Of a DNA stretch of 64,000 nt, positions 1 through 14,700 are shown one piece after another (positions within the stretch are counted from its first letter, which is position 1; each line of letters begins with the position of its first letter). The notes under the pieces were generated by a model. It searched no databases, was not told the DNA's origin, and saw only the letters and a list, made by a program, of their open reading frames with translations. A program made the position numbers and the translations under genes. The DNA comes from Octopus sinensis (taxonomy: Eukaryota): NCBI RefSeq assembly GCF_006345805.1, contig NC_043004.1, positions 61,628,001-61,692,000 of the forward strand, written 5' to 3'.

Positions 1-110
1 GCCTACAAATTAAGTACATAGATGGACCTAGAAATTGAAATACAAAAGATGTGGCATCTTAAAGCGAGTAGTGTTTCTCTCATTGTAAATGACCTTGGTA
101 TGTTAAAAAA
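1..110 (+). mobile_element. R4/Dong-type non-LTR retrotransposon fragment, C-terminal restriction-like endonuclease (RLE) region
   Basis: Translation KY-(frameshift)-DLEIEIQKMWHLKASSVSLIVNDLGMLKKG resembles the KYxDLxxEixRmW...IPIIVGALG end of RLE LINE ORFs; runs directly into a SINE at ~108. Confidence 0.6.
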
Positions 111-240
111 GGGTGAGTTGGGAGAAACGTTAGCACATCGTGCAAAATACGTTGTGGCATTTTCCCCGTCTTTAGGTTCTGAGTCCAAATTCCGCTTTGC
201 CTTTTTTCATTTAGTGGTCGATAAAATAAGTCTCTGTTTA
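108..240 (+). mobile_element. Degenerate SINE, family A
   Basis: gggtgagttgggagaaacgttagcac...ttctgagtccaaattccgc...tttgcc...gtcgataaaataagt; homologous to copies at 1031-1225 and 1300-1445. Confidence 0.6.
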
Positions 241-1030
241 GCACAACTTCTTGTCCTTGAGTCATAAATTTCGAAACATTATTAATCCTATAATTTCAAA
301 AAAAACCCCCAAAAAACTCCATACTCCACACAGATTATATGACTTCCCCAGAATTTTCGTAGACGGAATCCTGAAATTTCACCTTTAAGCATGGGAAATT
401 CCGTGCCTCACTACATGCATAGTCAAGTTTCGGTGGTTGCTGCACTCACATACTGTCACTATTCTTGAATAGAAATGTGACTATGACGGCAGAAAAACGG
501 CTGCAACTTACAGGAAACATTTTGCTATATTTAGAGATGTTTGTGAGCAAGGTCATCATGATAGAACCGAATCTCCAGTACATCGAACGAGACTCTTAAG
601 ATAGCAATGACAAAATAGGCTACTGTGCGCGATGAAAATGCAAGAGCGATTGAGAGATGATGATGATGATGTCGGTAGAGATGGTGGTGGCGGTGGAGTT
701 GCTGTGGCTGTGATGCTGGTGTCATGGGTGTAGGATTTGTATATTCACAAAATACGAAGCCCTAGATGATGGAATGTTACCTGCGTCTTATTATGTGTAT
801 GTTTGAACGCTCCAATTATAGGTTTTCTGCTGTTTACACTCGGCCATATTGAACTACCTGTGATATGGATCATATTTGGTGCTTTACTTGAGTACTAGCC
901 AACTGGAGAGAATAATTTATCGTTTATTTCAGCAACGTAGTGACACGCAAAACTATTATTAAATTGCTTGTGCCTTAGGCAGTTATGTGATTCAGAATAA
1001 TATTCTGCATTATAACTAATAAACTCAATT

Positions 1031-1225
1031 AGGGCGGTGTGTTGGCAAAATCACCGTCGACATTTCCTCCGCTTTTTTTACGTTCAGATTTCAAATTCTG
1101 CTTACGACGACTTTATCTTTTATCCTTTCTGGGTCGATAACTAAAATACCACTCAAGCACTGCGGTAGATAAATAGCCTTGCCTCTTCCCTTAATCTCTG
1201 GCTTTGTACCTCTAGCGAAAAGGAA
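1031..1225 (+). mobile_element. Degenerate SINE, family A
   Basis: gggcggtgtgttggcaaaatc...tttcaaattctgc...gactttatcttttatcctttctgggtcgataa...ggctttgtacctctagcgaaaagg; same core as the other family A copies. Confidence 0.6.
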
Positions 1226-1299
1226 AACTAATAAAGTTAGTTAATGGAGGAACGATTAAAATGCTAACTAGACAGAAGTACATTTTTTATTTGAATTTT

Positions 1300-1445
1300 A
1301 GCACAAAACCAACAATATTAGGGTAAGTCGATTATATAGACCTCAGTCTTCAATTGGTACTTTTTATCGACCACGAAATGATGAAAGGCAAAGTCAACCT
1401 CGGCAGACTTTGAACTGAGAACGTAAAGACTGATGAAATACCGCT
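1300..1445 (-). mobile_element. Degenerate SINE, family A (inverted relative to 1031-1225)
   Basis: Reverse complement reads gcggtatttcatcagtctttacgttctcagttcaaagtctgccgaggttgactttgcctttcatc...gtcgataaaaagtaccaattg. Confidence 0.65.
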
Positions 1446-4400
1446 TTTTTGCCTTAGATACAACGCCTTAGATAGAAGTATATATGAAGGGAAATATATG
1501 TTAATATCAACGTGTAATATTTTTTTTTCGAGCCATTATGAAAGATAATTTTGGACAAGATTAAGGTTTCATTATGATCTCTATAATCAAAGTATATCAT
1601 TAAGGTTACATTGGTGTGTAAACACGAAATAAGGAGTTAGAAATTTACGAGTTGTGCTTTCACCGGAAAAGGAAAGTAGTACTGTCCCGTTGTCCAGAAA
1701 ATTACTAAAATATGCTTTTTCCTGAAAAGCATTTATTAAATTAATATCTAAAACAGCTTTAAATAATAAAATATAGCAAGTACACATTTTGTATTTCTAC
1801 GTTGCTTTCTCTTTATAGGATCTCATTGTTGTGTTGATGATTGTATTCCGACTTAAAAAAAAAAGACGTCTCGTTGAAAAGACGTGCGATAAATACACTA
1901 GAGTGTTATTCTGCGATAAATTTCTAAAGAAAGTGAAATCATAGTAGTGTCACAACGACGTAATAAGTTTTGGGCATAATTTTGGTTTATTAGACATCAC
2001 GGTTTAGGTGGTAATAGGATGCACTATTGACTTAAAAACAGCGTGACAGTTGCAGAAAGGATTAAATATGTTACTAAGGAAACGGAAAAAAATGTACTTC
2101 TTACGATTTCCTATTTGCTTACTCGGTTAGTCATAAAATATAAGATATCAAATCGAGGGAAACTGAATATTGCAGCGACTACAATTTAGAACCAAATACG
2201 GTATCCTTCCACCTAAAGATAGAAAATGTAAGTGGATCGAAGATATACCTTTGATCATACATCATAGATCTGAAGGAACAGGAATGGCAAGGACGAACAA
2301 GAACATGGTCTAGACATCCAAAGAAAACCGTATCTCTTTGTATGGTAGTTGAATCGTGGGAAGATGTAGGACCAGCTACTGAATATAACAAATTACTAAT
2401 CATTAATACGGAGCCTTCGAGCTTTCAGAACAGGTCAACCCATTTTCGAATGAGTTAGCCTCCTGACATGAATAAATCGGATGCTGTTGTTAAGATTACA
2501 GTCCTATGTCTATGATGGAATGTAGAATAGTTACACTATAGCTATTAAAACTACTTAAACATATTTATTTTGTTATTTGCGGTAAAATCTCTTCATTTCA
2601 GTAGACTATATTAAACTGTAGGTGATAAATTACTGGCATTTTATTTACCTTTTATCTAGATATGAATGTTAAAGTTAATTTGGTACCGACTTAAACTTAG
2701 AATTTAAGGTGCGAAACTGAAGAATGCAAAGCCCTTATGAATGGGTTCCATAAAATCTGACATTGCGTTTCTTGTGTTCTGTGTATTTGTGCTCGTATAT
2801 ATGCAAGCGCAAAATTCATGGTATTACTCCAATAATATCCATGCTTACTTCCCTGTTAGCCTTCCTTATCTCGAAAGGATGCATATATATATTTTTTTAT
2901 AATTGATTTTGTTGACGGAAGTCATTAAGCTTCGTATATACCGCTTCCAAAAGCACGTGTTTATGTATAAACGCTTTTGTCTGCCGCTGTGCACCAACAT
3001 GAAAGATGTACGTACAGAGGAGCATTTATTTCAAAATATACAAACGCACCCACGTTACGAAAGTGCAATGTTCTGAAAAAGCTTACCATAACAATTAATT
3101 CCATAACATAAATCGCGTTTACCATATATTTCCTTGTTATATGAATATTAGGGAACGTAAAACCGACGATAAATATATTTCCTATTATGGATCCATATAA
3201 ATGGATGAGATATGTTGAAAATGAATGCTTCCGTAACACAAGGTGTACCTATATATTTTAATATCAGTGGGTGGGAATTCACAAGATATAGACGGTTCAT
3301 AATCAGATAATGGATGATGCTGTGTCTGTGTTGAATTAAATCCACTAATCGACGAAGTTAGAGAAGCAGAATTAGGTTTAATACATTCTCGTAAAAGATG
3401 ATGACTTAATCATATTAGGAACAGCAGTGCAAAGAAACAATTTGGATAGGATCCGTGACTAGTGAGGAGGGAAAAGTGAAAAGAAACCCCAAATTCTGGG
3501 TTATTAATAGGTTAGTAATTTTGTTGCAAAACTCCCAGCAGGGAAAATCCAATATGATTGGGCGGGTACGGTATGTTACCAGGTGACAGGCTAAGTACCC
3601 ACATTGTAATTGTACAACAAATGACCGACCTTATGAATAACCATTTCAAGAATACGAAAATACATATAGTTTATAGTTAGATTTTACTTTTATGTTGCTT
3701 AACAGCTAACAACTGATGATCAGTGAGTATATTCCGTTACTTTACAATGTGGCTTAAAAAGAAAGACAACTAATGTGGATTTTGTCTTTCCTGCTTTAGG
3801 AGGTAAGCATTTGGCTTATATAATTGACTTTTCTCCTACCATTCAAAATTGTTGCCGATTTCCCAAAAATCGAAAGAATATTTGCTTGCTTACGTCACGA
3901 GAAAAATTCTCATTTTCATATAATATTGTTCGAGTTTTTACATTATTGGCCTTATTTTTGACGCATCTCAGAAATAAACATTAAAAAAAAAATTTGATCG
4001 TTTTATCTTACTCTTTATGTGAATCTTTGAGAAAAAGTTGCGTGTGGTCTATTATTTTTAGGTCATATAAATCTACTACAAAACCAATATGGATTCAAAA
4101 TAGGATCCTTACGCAGTCATCGCTTTGTCTGATAGAAATAATACATTTCCACTAGGGCATACACAAACTTCATTAAAATGATGTTTAATATATTCTAGCT
4201 CTTCAAGCAATGAGGCATTCTTAAATGGCTACTAAGAAATGTCAGCTATAACTGAAAAAGACTGTAAAAGTAATCTTGAAATTCTTGACCGTGCGTGTGA
4301 GCCGCCTATGTCAAAAATATAATTTTTTATATATATTATACTACAAATGAACAGTAACAAATTGCAACAAGGCATTTACGTATCTATTGTATGCTGTCTT

Positions 4401-4493
4401 CTAAGATTCACATCAGTAAATAACGTTGGAGATATTACTCGAGAAGAATGCGTATGCCATATATATTATCAACGGTATACCCAATTATACTCA

Positions 4494-4585
<92 letters not shown>

Positions 4586-4815
4586 TAATAAATAAAATAT
4601 ATGCATACATACAAATATATATGTACGTACCGACATCTACTTGTATATATACATGCATATATAAATATGTATACGTACAGGACACCACAAAAAGACGTAA
4701 AACTCAACAGAAACGAAAACGGAAAAACCATTTTGTTACAACAGAAAGACAGAGACGTGGAACAGGACGAGAACGAAACGGGAAAAACATTATTTACAAC
4801 AGAAAAACAAGGTAC

Positions 4816-4868
<53 letters not shown>

Positions 4869-4883
4869 GTGTGTGTGTGTGTG

Positions 4884-4914
<31 letters not shown>
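4494..4914. repeat. (TA)n and (TA)n(TG)n microsatellites
   Basis: Direct reading: (TA)n at ~4494-4582 and (TA)n(TG)n at ~4821-4914. Confidence 0.97.
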
Positions 4915-4917
<3 letters not shown>

Positions 4918-5889
4918 AAGATCAGTTGCATTTTAAGGTACAAAACGTACAAGGTATTGTTGAGGAATTGATAGCACCGAATGTTTGTTTAATCTCGTAT
5001 GTGAGGAATTATGTTCAAGCGGTTGATGTCGGAGCTGTTTGTGTATGTTCCTTGGATTCTGTTTATAGTAGGTAGTAACCAACATGTGGTTAGCGGCCAC
5101 TTTCTGTTGATTCTGCCCGAAAGCGTTCTCCCTCACATCATTTCTTTACAACTATTTCTTTCCCTACCAACTGTCAAATAGATTATACTACCAGATGAAG
5201 CGAAAGCGCACGAATTGTTAGAATAGGTCTCTGTTATGTCATTCATATTCATCAGTAGTGTTTGAACTCTGTTTTGATTCGTTAAACTATCAGATACAAT
5301 GTAATACTGGAATTGTAAAGCAAACGTAACTTTTCTAAAATTTTATAAAATTGTAACATACTGACACTAGTGTAGTTAGAAACTTAAAACATGAATCTAA
5401 AATTATATTTAATCAGTGAAAGTAAATGTTTTATTTTTTTTTATAATTTCTTAGAGATAACAGATTTAAACAGATGAAATACTGTCTTTAGAATTAGCAT
5501 AATTTTATGGTGCCCGACCAAATAATTATTTTTATGAAAAAAAAGAAAACGGTTGTATAATATATTCAACAGAAAACCCATTCTAACCTCAAAAGGAAAG
5601 AAAATAACGCGAACTAAAATATCTCCAATGCTTGGTTTATTTACAGTTTTATCTTCTCAAATTTTAAATGAGGTTATCTTTATATGTTTATTTATTTTTA
5701 TATATAACAATTTTGAGCAACTTTGGAATATGAACTGCAGGAAAAGTATTTGCAGATTATACTGACTGATGAAGACGAACGTTTCTAGTGCTAACGGCAC
5801 TATAAAAAAAAAGAGACCTCCACTTATACACACTGTTATGCATCCTGACAAATGTGTTTTCTAGTAGACTTGAATTAATGTGCCGAGTG

Positions 5890-5943
5890 TGTATGTGTAT
5901 GTATATATGTACACACACACACACACATATATATATATAAATA

Positions 5944-6020
<77 letters not shown>

Positions 6021-6130
6021 ATCAGTATATGTTTATCGAAGCGCTGTTCATAAAACATGCAGAGACATGCATGCATATATACAGATAAATTTATGCATAA
6101 TTTATTTTTTAATTTGGAGATATACAAACA

Positions 6131-6199
<69 letters not shown>

Positions 6200-6215
6200 T
6201 GTGTGTGTGTGTGTG
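5890..6215. repeat. Compound CA/TA/TG microsatellites
   Basis: Direct reading of two tracts (~5890-6017 and ~6133-6215). Confidence 0.95.
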
Positions 6216-7965
6216 TATGCATGTATTTGTGTGCGTGTGCTCACATACACACATACGCAGATATACTCGTCGGTGCAGTTGTTTGAATAGTTGAATTTCC
6301 GTGTGATTTTTTTATCAATGTTAAAATAAGCAGTGTGACCTATACGAACATACATGAAAATACATACAACTATATACACACATGTGTGATGCGTGTTTGA
6401 ATTCTACTTAGCTTAAAGCATCTTAAAAAATCAAAAGAAAGTGATTAGGAAAGGCAAGGGAATACAGTTCGGAATAAATTTAATATAGATACTTAGAAAC
6501 TACTAAAGAATTCCGAGTTAAACTTTTTACAAAATTCCAGACAAAGGTAAAGAAATATCTCAGTTTCACAGCGTTTCTTTCCTTTAAATTAGTATTCATA
6601 CCACATACCTGTGATATGCACAACATACACTATTTGCTTTATATATATAGGCAACAGTAGTAATGAAATTAGGTATTGTGCGTCCTACAACATTTGCTGG
6701 TGTCTGAAAATTGCACTTGATATTTTGTAGAATAAAGCTGGATAATTTACTAGAGAGGAATGTGCATGACACAAAGTATATACATGAGTATGATCTGTAG
6801 TATTTTAAGAAAATAAATGTATAAGTCATTTTGAAGATCTTCCTGGCATCGAGTATTTTTTTTTAATTCTATGCTTGTGCAACTCTGTTGGGGCGTTGGT
6901 TAATATTTTTAATTGATAATGACTAGGATATTAGACATTTTGGCGTGATAGATCATGTGTCGTCTGAATAAGATTAGGACATTAGTTTAGCTTCTTAAAT
7001 TACATTAAGCGCTTTCGAAAACTTGCTGTCTATATAGCATCTTCTGCTTTTAGTGTAGAGTACCCGAAATAATGAGCTCATATTTCTGTAACATTAGGGG
7101 AATTCATCGGAGTCCTTTAAATCTAAGCTTCTACCTACCGGCGGATGGACATTTAAATAACAACGGTCTTTAAACGTGCACTTATGTATCCATCTCCTTC
7201 ATACGTACAACCTTGCGAATAGCATCGGCTGTTTGTCAATGAAATGTGGTAACATCATAAAGTATCTATAGTCGCGTCACATACATGCATGCATATACAT
7301 GTGCATGTAAATATGTGCGTACCTATGTACTTATGCACACCTGTATGTACCTATGTATTTATGCGCACCTGTATACATATAAAATCATTGCTTTGCAACT
7401 TTGCCATGGATTTCTTTGACATCATTCACTCTCTTGCTCTGATCTACGCCTCCGATGGCGTAAATAGTATTAAGTGAGAAACTGCTTCTGATATAAAATG
7501 TTTCCGTGAAACATTGAGAACTACGTAGGAAGACATGGTTATTATCTTTAAGATCTGGGAAAGGACAGGATGTAAGGGCATATATAAGGTGATAGGGTAG
7601 GGTGGCTTTGCCTGCGATAACTTGGAAATGTGCGGAACATGGTAATGTGCGGAACACGGATGAAAGGTCACAGACCTGAGGATCAACATAGGCCTGCTTG
7701 AGAGATAATCGTGTACAATAATGTTGTTGTACGACATGACATACATCAATATGTAAAAAAGGAATTTTTGCTCGGCAGAGATTGATTCATTACAGAATAT
7801 AGTTTTAAACTGTGTACAGTGAGGATATGTATGAAAATAACGGTTTGCGACTGAAATCGATTTCGAGGAAGCAAAAAAGAAAATCTGAGAGGTTCAAATT
7901 TCAAACGACATTTCCAGATTATCCTGTGTGCCTTTTAAGTGTAATAGAGATAGAGCGCGATGAGG

Positions 7966-7968
<3 letters not shown>

Positions 7969-8018
<50 letters not shown>

Positions 8019-8035
8019 AAGAGAGAGAGAGAGAA
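7969..8035. repeat. (GA)n microsatellite
   Basis: Direct reading. Confidence 0.97.
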
Positions 8036-10466
8036 CAAAGGCGGAGGAAAAGAGGCAAAGGGAGACATACAGACAGGGAAGCAGACCAACAGAAGGGAAG
8101 ATAGAGGAAATAGAGGACACGATATTGCAAAAGGGTGACACACCGAAGATTCTTTTACTGTCTATGAGTTTGTTTTTTTGGCATATGGTCTGTATGCGTA
8201 TATGTTGTGTGTGTGAGTGAGTGCGCGTGTGTATGCGTGTGGGTATGAAAATATGAGTTTGTAAATATAGTGTGTTCCTGTTTATGAAGATCAGGTCACT
8301 CCTAAACCTGCAGACCTGTACATAAAAGTATCCTAACTGCAAACATTTTGAAAATTTTATCATGTGCACTGATCACAAAAGGACCTAAAGTATCGTTTCC
8401 TCTGAATTACTGAGGTTATTTAAAATTTATATATACATCGCATATCTAGTAGGTTTTCACGTCAATTGTCTTGTATATTCATGGATATAAATATACATAA
8501 TCAAATAGGGTACGACTTCAATGATCAAAAATTACTATTCTTTACAAGTGCAATGACCATGCAGATGCTCACTTATTCAGAATTGAGTCCGTATGTTGTT
8601 GTATGTGTTCCGTAGTTGTATACGTGTAAGAACAGGTGTTGTGTGTGTGTGTATGTGTGTATGTGTGTGTGTGCGTGCGTGTGTGTGTGGGTGTGTGCGT
8701 GTATGTGGGTGTCATAAAACTTTCTGAATGCAGGCATCGTAATGAAGTTGTCAGAAAAAGAGCAGAAAGCAAAAATTAATAATATATTGTAACTCTAATG
8801 AAATAAGCAAGCAGAAAAACAATCTACTCTTATTTGAAGTAGAAGGTGAAATATGAAGAGAACATCAATGAATTCTCGCCGAAAGAATAATGCAATCAGC
8901 GGAAATAACAGTTGGCCTCAGCGCTGTCAGATGCACAGGAAAGTATGTAAGTCATGCAAGCATATACGTATATCAAACACACACACACACACACACATTA
9001 TATTATAGCCAGGCAATAATAAATTACTAATGTTAATACCAGTAATGTTAATACCAGTTATGATAGTGAAAATATCTCGCCGTAGGTAAAAAAGACACCC
9101 AAATCAGCTTGCAGCACCACCTGTGAAATCAACATGTGAAATGCAAGAATATGAAATGTAAGCATTTCGGTGTAGTTATCTCCTCTGTAGTCATAGAATC
9201 CGGGCGGTTGCGCTGCGAGCTTGTTAGGAAAGACACAATCTCATATTTTTCCAGTCAACATACATTGTCTGGTAGCGCAAGTCGACGGCTGATCGTAATA
9301 CAATTAAGGAGTCAGAGCGCTAAGTGATGATAAGTAAAACAAATATAATGGTAATACCAGTTCGAGCGCGTTCAAACTTGGAAACAAGCCATTCGCCGTA
9401 TTCTGTCATGAAGAAAACTGCTCACTGTTATGGAGACTTAGGTGACTTGGATGTCTTTTACACCATATGTCTAAAGAGAGCAATCTTTCTCATTAAAAAC
9501 ACGGTGAATGGATTGTTTACAAGTTTGAACGGACTCTTGGGATATTCGTATTAACATTGTATTAACATTGAATTTTTTACCTATCACCGTTCAGCGTACT
9601 CACTCGTAATAAATTTATAAGCTACAATAGGATGCAGTAACTTTCCAGAGCAAGAGTTTAACGTGATCGTGTACCCATTTCGAATGTGTGCGATTATGCA
9701 TATATGTGTGTGTGTGTTTGATTTTGTGTGTATATATATATATGTTTCGTATGTAGATTTTCTTTTCGAAATTTCATTATCATTGATTTCTTCAAGTGGA
9801 AGGCTGTAGAAGTTTTCCGTTGAAGCTGCCCTTTCACGGGAGAATTAATTTTGATTTGAGTTAGAATTTTATGTATTCTCAATAGTTCAAGCGATCCCCT
9901 AACGGCCATTTCATCATACTTTTGGTGTTTCTTATTCAACTAAACAACTTCAATGCTTTCGGAATTTGTGTTCCTGTGAGTTAGCTTGGGAGATCTTCAA
10001 GCAAAGTTACAAATAGCGAAATTATTCTAGTGATGTAAAGCCTAGCTTCCTTTCGGGATTGTGTAACAACTCAGAATACATCATACAATATATCATTTAT
10101 AATTTCATATCTGCAGCTTCTGTAAAGAAATAGATTTGAAACTTATATTCTATCTCGTCGATTAAATGATGAAAACCCTTATTTTGGCTATTATTCAACC
10201 CTACTACAAGGGAGACATAATACTTTACATGAGCAGTACGAAATATGCACGATGTTAATTATCTACCAATTTCCGTTATCGTCAACAAGCCACTAAGTCT
10301 GACAAGGTGTGACTAATATAAAACGAGGATCGATAGATTACGGTTCAACAAAAAATAGTATCCAACAATGTATCTTAATTTAAAGAAGTTGTCTTGCATA
10401 ATAATTTACAAATCATACTTATGTCAGTGGGAATGTTTTCAAAGGTAATGATTGTTTCACACACAC

Positions 10467-11260
<794 letters not shown>

Positions 11261-11600
11261 TATATGCATTATATAGAAAGGGTGATATAATGTCGAGGAA
11301 TTCGATAGACATTCCACTGGAAGTTGTTTCATCTATTTATTCATGTCTGTGAAAAACCTAATGTAATTAACAAACCTTCGGTTACTTTCGCGCTGTTCGG
11401 AAAACAAGAGAAACCCAGCCTTAGTTAATCCGAAACATAAATCTTACAGATTACTTATAGATATCATTCCGTCTTCCCTTTCTCTCTCTCTCTCTCTCTC
11501 TCATATATGTATATATATATATTAAGAGAGAGAGAGAGAGAGAAAGGGATAGGTAATGCAGAAATGCAGATAGACAGATATCTATGTATATACACACATA

Positions 11601-11661
<61 letters not shown>

Positions 11662-12429
11662 ACAAAATCAGACACACACACACATATATGCATAATCACA
11701 CACATTCGAAATGGGTACACAATCACGTCAAACTCTTGTTCTGGGCTGCAGCCTTAGTGTTATCGAGTAGCTTATGCATAAATTGCGTCCTGTAAGAAAA
11801 AAATGAATTTCGAGATGTAATTCTAGAAAAAGAAAAAATTATCGCCCGCTCGCACGCACACGCGTGCGCGAACACACGCACACACGCACACAAATATATA
11901 TATGTATATACATATATATATATATATAGTAAGTACTGGAATATAATATCTAGGCACAAAACGAATTTCTGTATGTAAAATGTCAAGGCTGGTTCTGTGA
12001 GAAGATGTGTTCCATGGTAAAATTACTTTAAGTCCCATAGGAATTGACAGTTTATTTTTTGAATAATTAGGATATAAAGAGCAATTTTCACAATATGTTG
12101 AATGAAAAATTTTAACTTTCAAACTTTATGTTGATATCCAGTTAGCTTATTCATAATAATTGTATACTGTTGCATATTTACATGCAGTAACTCATGATAT
12201 AATAAAATACATTTAAGGATGTATCATAATAATATGTATTCTCCGATTTGAAGCGACAATTTTTAAATACAAATGACAGAAAAATAATGAGCTAACCCCA
12301 GCCAGAATCGAACCCACAAATCAGCTCTAACATGGTTCCTTGCGCATCTGATTATTATACTATGAATCATCCTTAGTAGCTTTCCTTCCGTAATTTACAA
12401 AGCCTTTCTGGTTTGTTTACAAATATTAT

Positions 12430-13058
12430 ATGCAGTATTACACAGTCTTCATATATATTCGTTAAATTCGGCTGCAATTGATGAGGAATTCTACTAGGCA
12501 CTCTATTCCAATTCCCTTCAGATTCCAGTTGATGCCTTATGATACTCTGCCAATTGACCCAATAATAACTGGCACTTCATTTGCTATAGCTGGGTTATTT
12601 CGTAATTAAGAGGAGTGTACATATGTATTCTTTTGCGTTCCTTCTTGATTATTTGTGGGTTAAAGAAGGACGCAGCATCAGCTGTATATCACATGTGGTG
12701 CATCTTGTTGATCACCACTAGGTTTGATATGTTACAGTCTAGCACCTGATCTGTTTGGATTGGGAAGTTCCAAATTAGTCTGCAAGCATTCTCCAGCAGA
12801 GAATTTTGAATGTATTCTGCAATTCCTCCATTCTAGTCTCTGGCCTACACTTTTCGCACAGTTTCCTCACCGCGTCGCCACGGTTTGTTATGGTTTTGAG
12901 TAAGTCTAGGGCTTTAGTTCACGATATGAGCAATGGTTTCATCCACTCTATTACACATGTGACACGAGGAAACGATTGCTCATTTCTACTGTTGGTCCTC
13001 CAATTCCAGGCAAAAGCCTGTCTTGCTCTATCTGTATAGTGCCCTTAGTCTCTTTTTT

Positions 13059-13062
<4 letters not shown>
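12430..13062 (-). pseudogene. R4/Dong-type LINE 3' fragment (zinc-knuckle region + RLE endonuclease), multiply disrupted
   Basis: Minus strand gives pieces such as KLCEKCRPET, NFPIQTDQVLDCNISNLVVINK and VPVIIGSIG, matching C..C/WDFpIQTDrvL..NrPDiVV..K/IPIIIGALG motifs of RLE LINEs; 5' junction abuts an (AAT)n tract. Confidence 0.75.
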
Positions 13063-13063
<1 letters not shown>

Positions 13064-13105
<42 letters not shown>

Positions 13106-13291
13106 CATTATTATTGTTGTTGTTGTTTTTGTTGTTGTTGTTGTTCATTTTGTTATTGTTGCTTTTGTTGCTGTTCTTGTCGATGATGATGATGTTACTA
13201 GTAATATTATTATTCCTGTTGGTACCACTACTATTGCGACTGCTAACACCACCACCACCACTGCTGCTACTACTACTACTACTACTACTAT

Positions 13292-13364
<73 letters not shown>

Positions 13365-13368
13365 GCTA
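13064..13368. repeat. Compound trinucleotide microsatellite (TTA)n(GTT)n(CTA)n
   Basis: Direct reading; source of the poly-L/I/S/T/N ORFs in the track. Confidence 0.97.
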
Positions 13369-14109
13369 CAAATGAACAAGAAATGTTCTTGAGAGTGAAC
13401 AAGATTGATCTTAAATATCTGCGACATTTTCGAAATTGCGATATTTCATGCTGTATTAGTTATATTTTAAGGTTATTTAGTAGAAAATAATTACATCTGA
13501 CTTATTCGATTTTTTGTTTGTTTTAGTTCCTTTCAAAAGTGAATGAGACATAATTTTGTTGTTTTTTTTTTCTAATTCACTTAGTCTTCAGCCAGGCATT
13601 CTATAATCGATGTAGAGGTGCATAAAACGAATCGTTGTTCGACATTATGCAAGCAAGCAATGAACATAAATAATGCCAATAAATATACGTTTAGAAATAT
13701 CGAAAATATGAATTCAGCCGTCAACACAAACAACATATCCACAAATATTATTTCACCATGAAATAATTTACCAGCAAAAGTGAAACTCATGTAAACTTAC
13801 AGATACAAAACTATCTATATAGGTGAGAGACGGCCAGCAGTATATGCATCCCCATGGAAACGCAAATAAATATATACAATATAGAGGTTGCTACGTACAC
13901 TGTATAAAGCATTGGGTTATGGATTTTTGCTAATCATTCCGTATCGAAATGCATCCATTTGTATCTGCATCTATTCATATCCGATATCATGAAATACTCA
14001 GGTCTATGTATAAATGCGACGTATCCTATAATTTCTTGTACATAAACATTTGTTCGTCTACTAAAAACTTTGTTATCAAGATATACATACATATATACAC
14101 ATACACAAA

Positions 14110-14153
<44 letters not shown>

Positions 14154-14159
14154 ATGACG

Positions 14160-14700
14160 AGGGGATAAACGATTATCTTGAGAAATTTAGTAGCTTAGAG
14201 CTGTTTCTTCTACAAGAAGAGTCGAGTTGGTGCGGGTTCGAATGTTCTGTCTTCCAGACCGAGTTTGAAGGCTAAATCACGAGTTATTTTATTTTACTTA
14301 GTTTACTACTTAAAGGGGAGTCCAATACATATTTGTATTCCCTATGTAGTTGTTTGAATATAAGTTTCCGGTATGTATCCACTGGTACACTTTACCGGTT
14401 TTTAGTTTTATCAGCATGGTTCAGATTTTCAAAGTGCTTCTGAAATGTTCAAAGGGATTAATATTCTTCACGTATAGTGCATAGTTCCTGGACTTGAATT
14501 CCACATTTCTTATCAAGATTATTTGTTTGAGAATTTATCCATATCAATATTAAGAGATGAGTTTTTCTTAGATCTAAATTTTTTGAAGACACTTCATGAT
14601 TCCGGGTATCAGAATTCATAGAAGAGCCTTCCACATCAATGGGAGAATCATTTGCTTAGTACTGTGAATAAACAGACTCAGATATTCATTTTAAACAGTA
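14160..14700 (-). pseudogene. Decayed Penelope-like element fragment, region N-terminal to RT
   Basis: Minus strand HADKTKNR*SVPVDTYRKLIFKQLHREYKY...LAFKLGLEDR resembles the ADKt.N.Y.v....Y.KL...i...YKk segment of PLE proteins; many stops. Confidence 0.45.

Noticed and set aside
531-725. His-rich 64-aa ORF
   Set aside because: His run derives from short (GAT)/(GGT) repeats; no other support.
2961-3250. Hydrophobic ORF with GNIFIV, superficially GPCR TM1-TM2-like
   Set aside because: No LAxxD or DRY motif; hydrophobic residues are expected from T-rich codons in AT-rich DNA.
3549-3565. CCAAT-ATTGG-GGGCGG promoter-like cluster
   Set aside because: Short motifs with no associated gene or TSS evidence.
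7385-7657. Kelch-like IYAIGGVDQSKRVNDV in a minus-strand ORF
   Set aside because: Single short motif with no downstream Y/W of a kelch blade, no other repeats and no convincing splice context.
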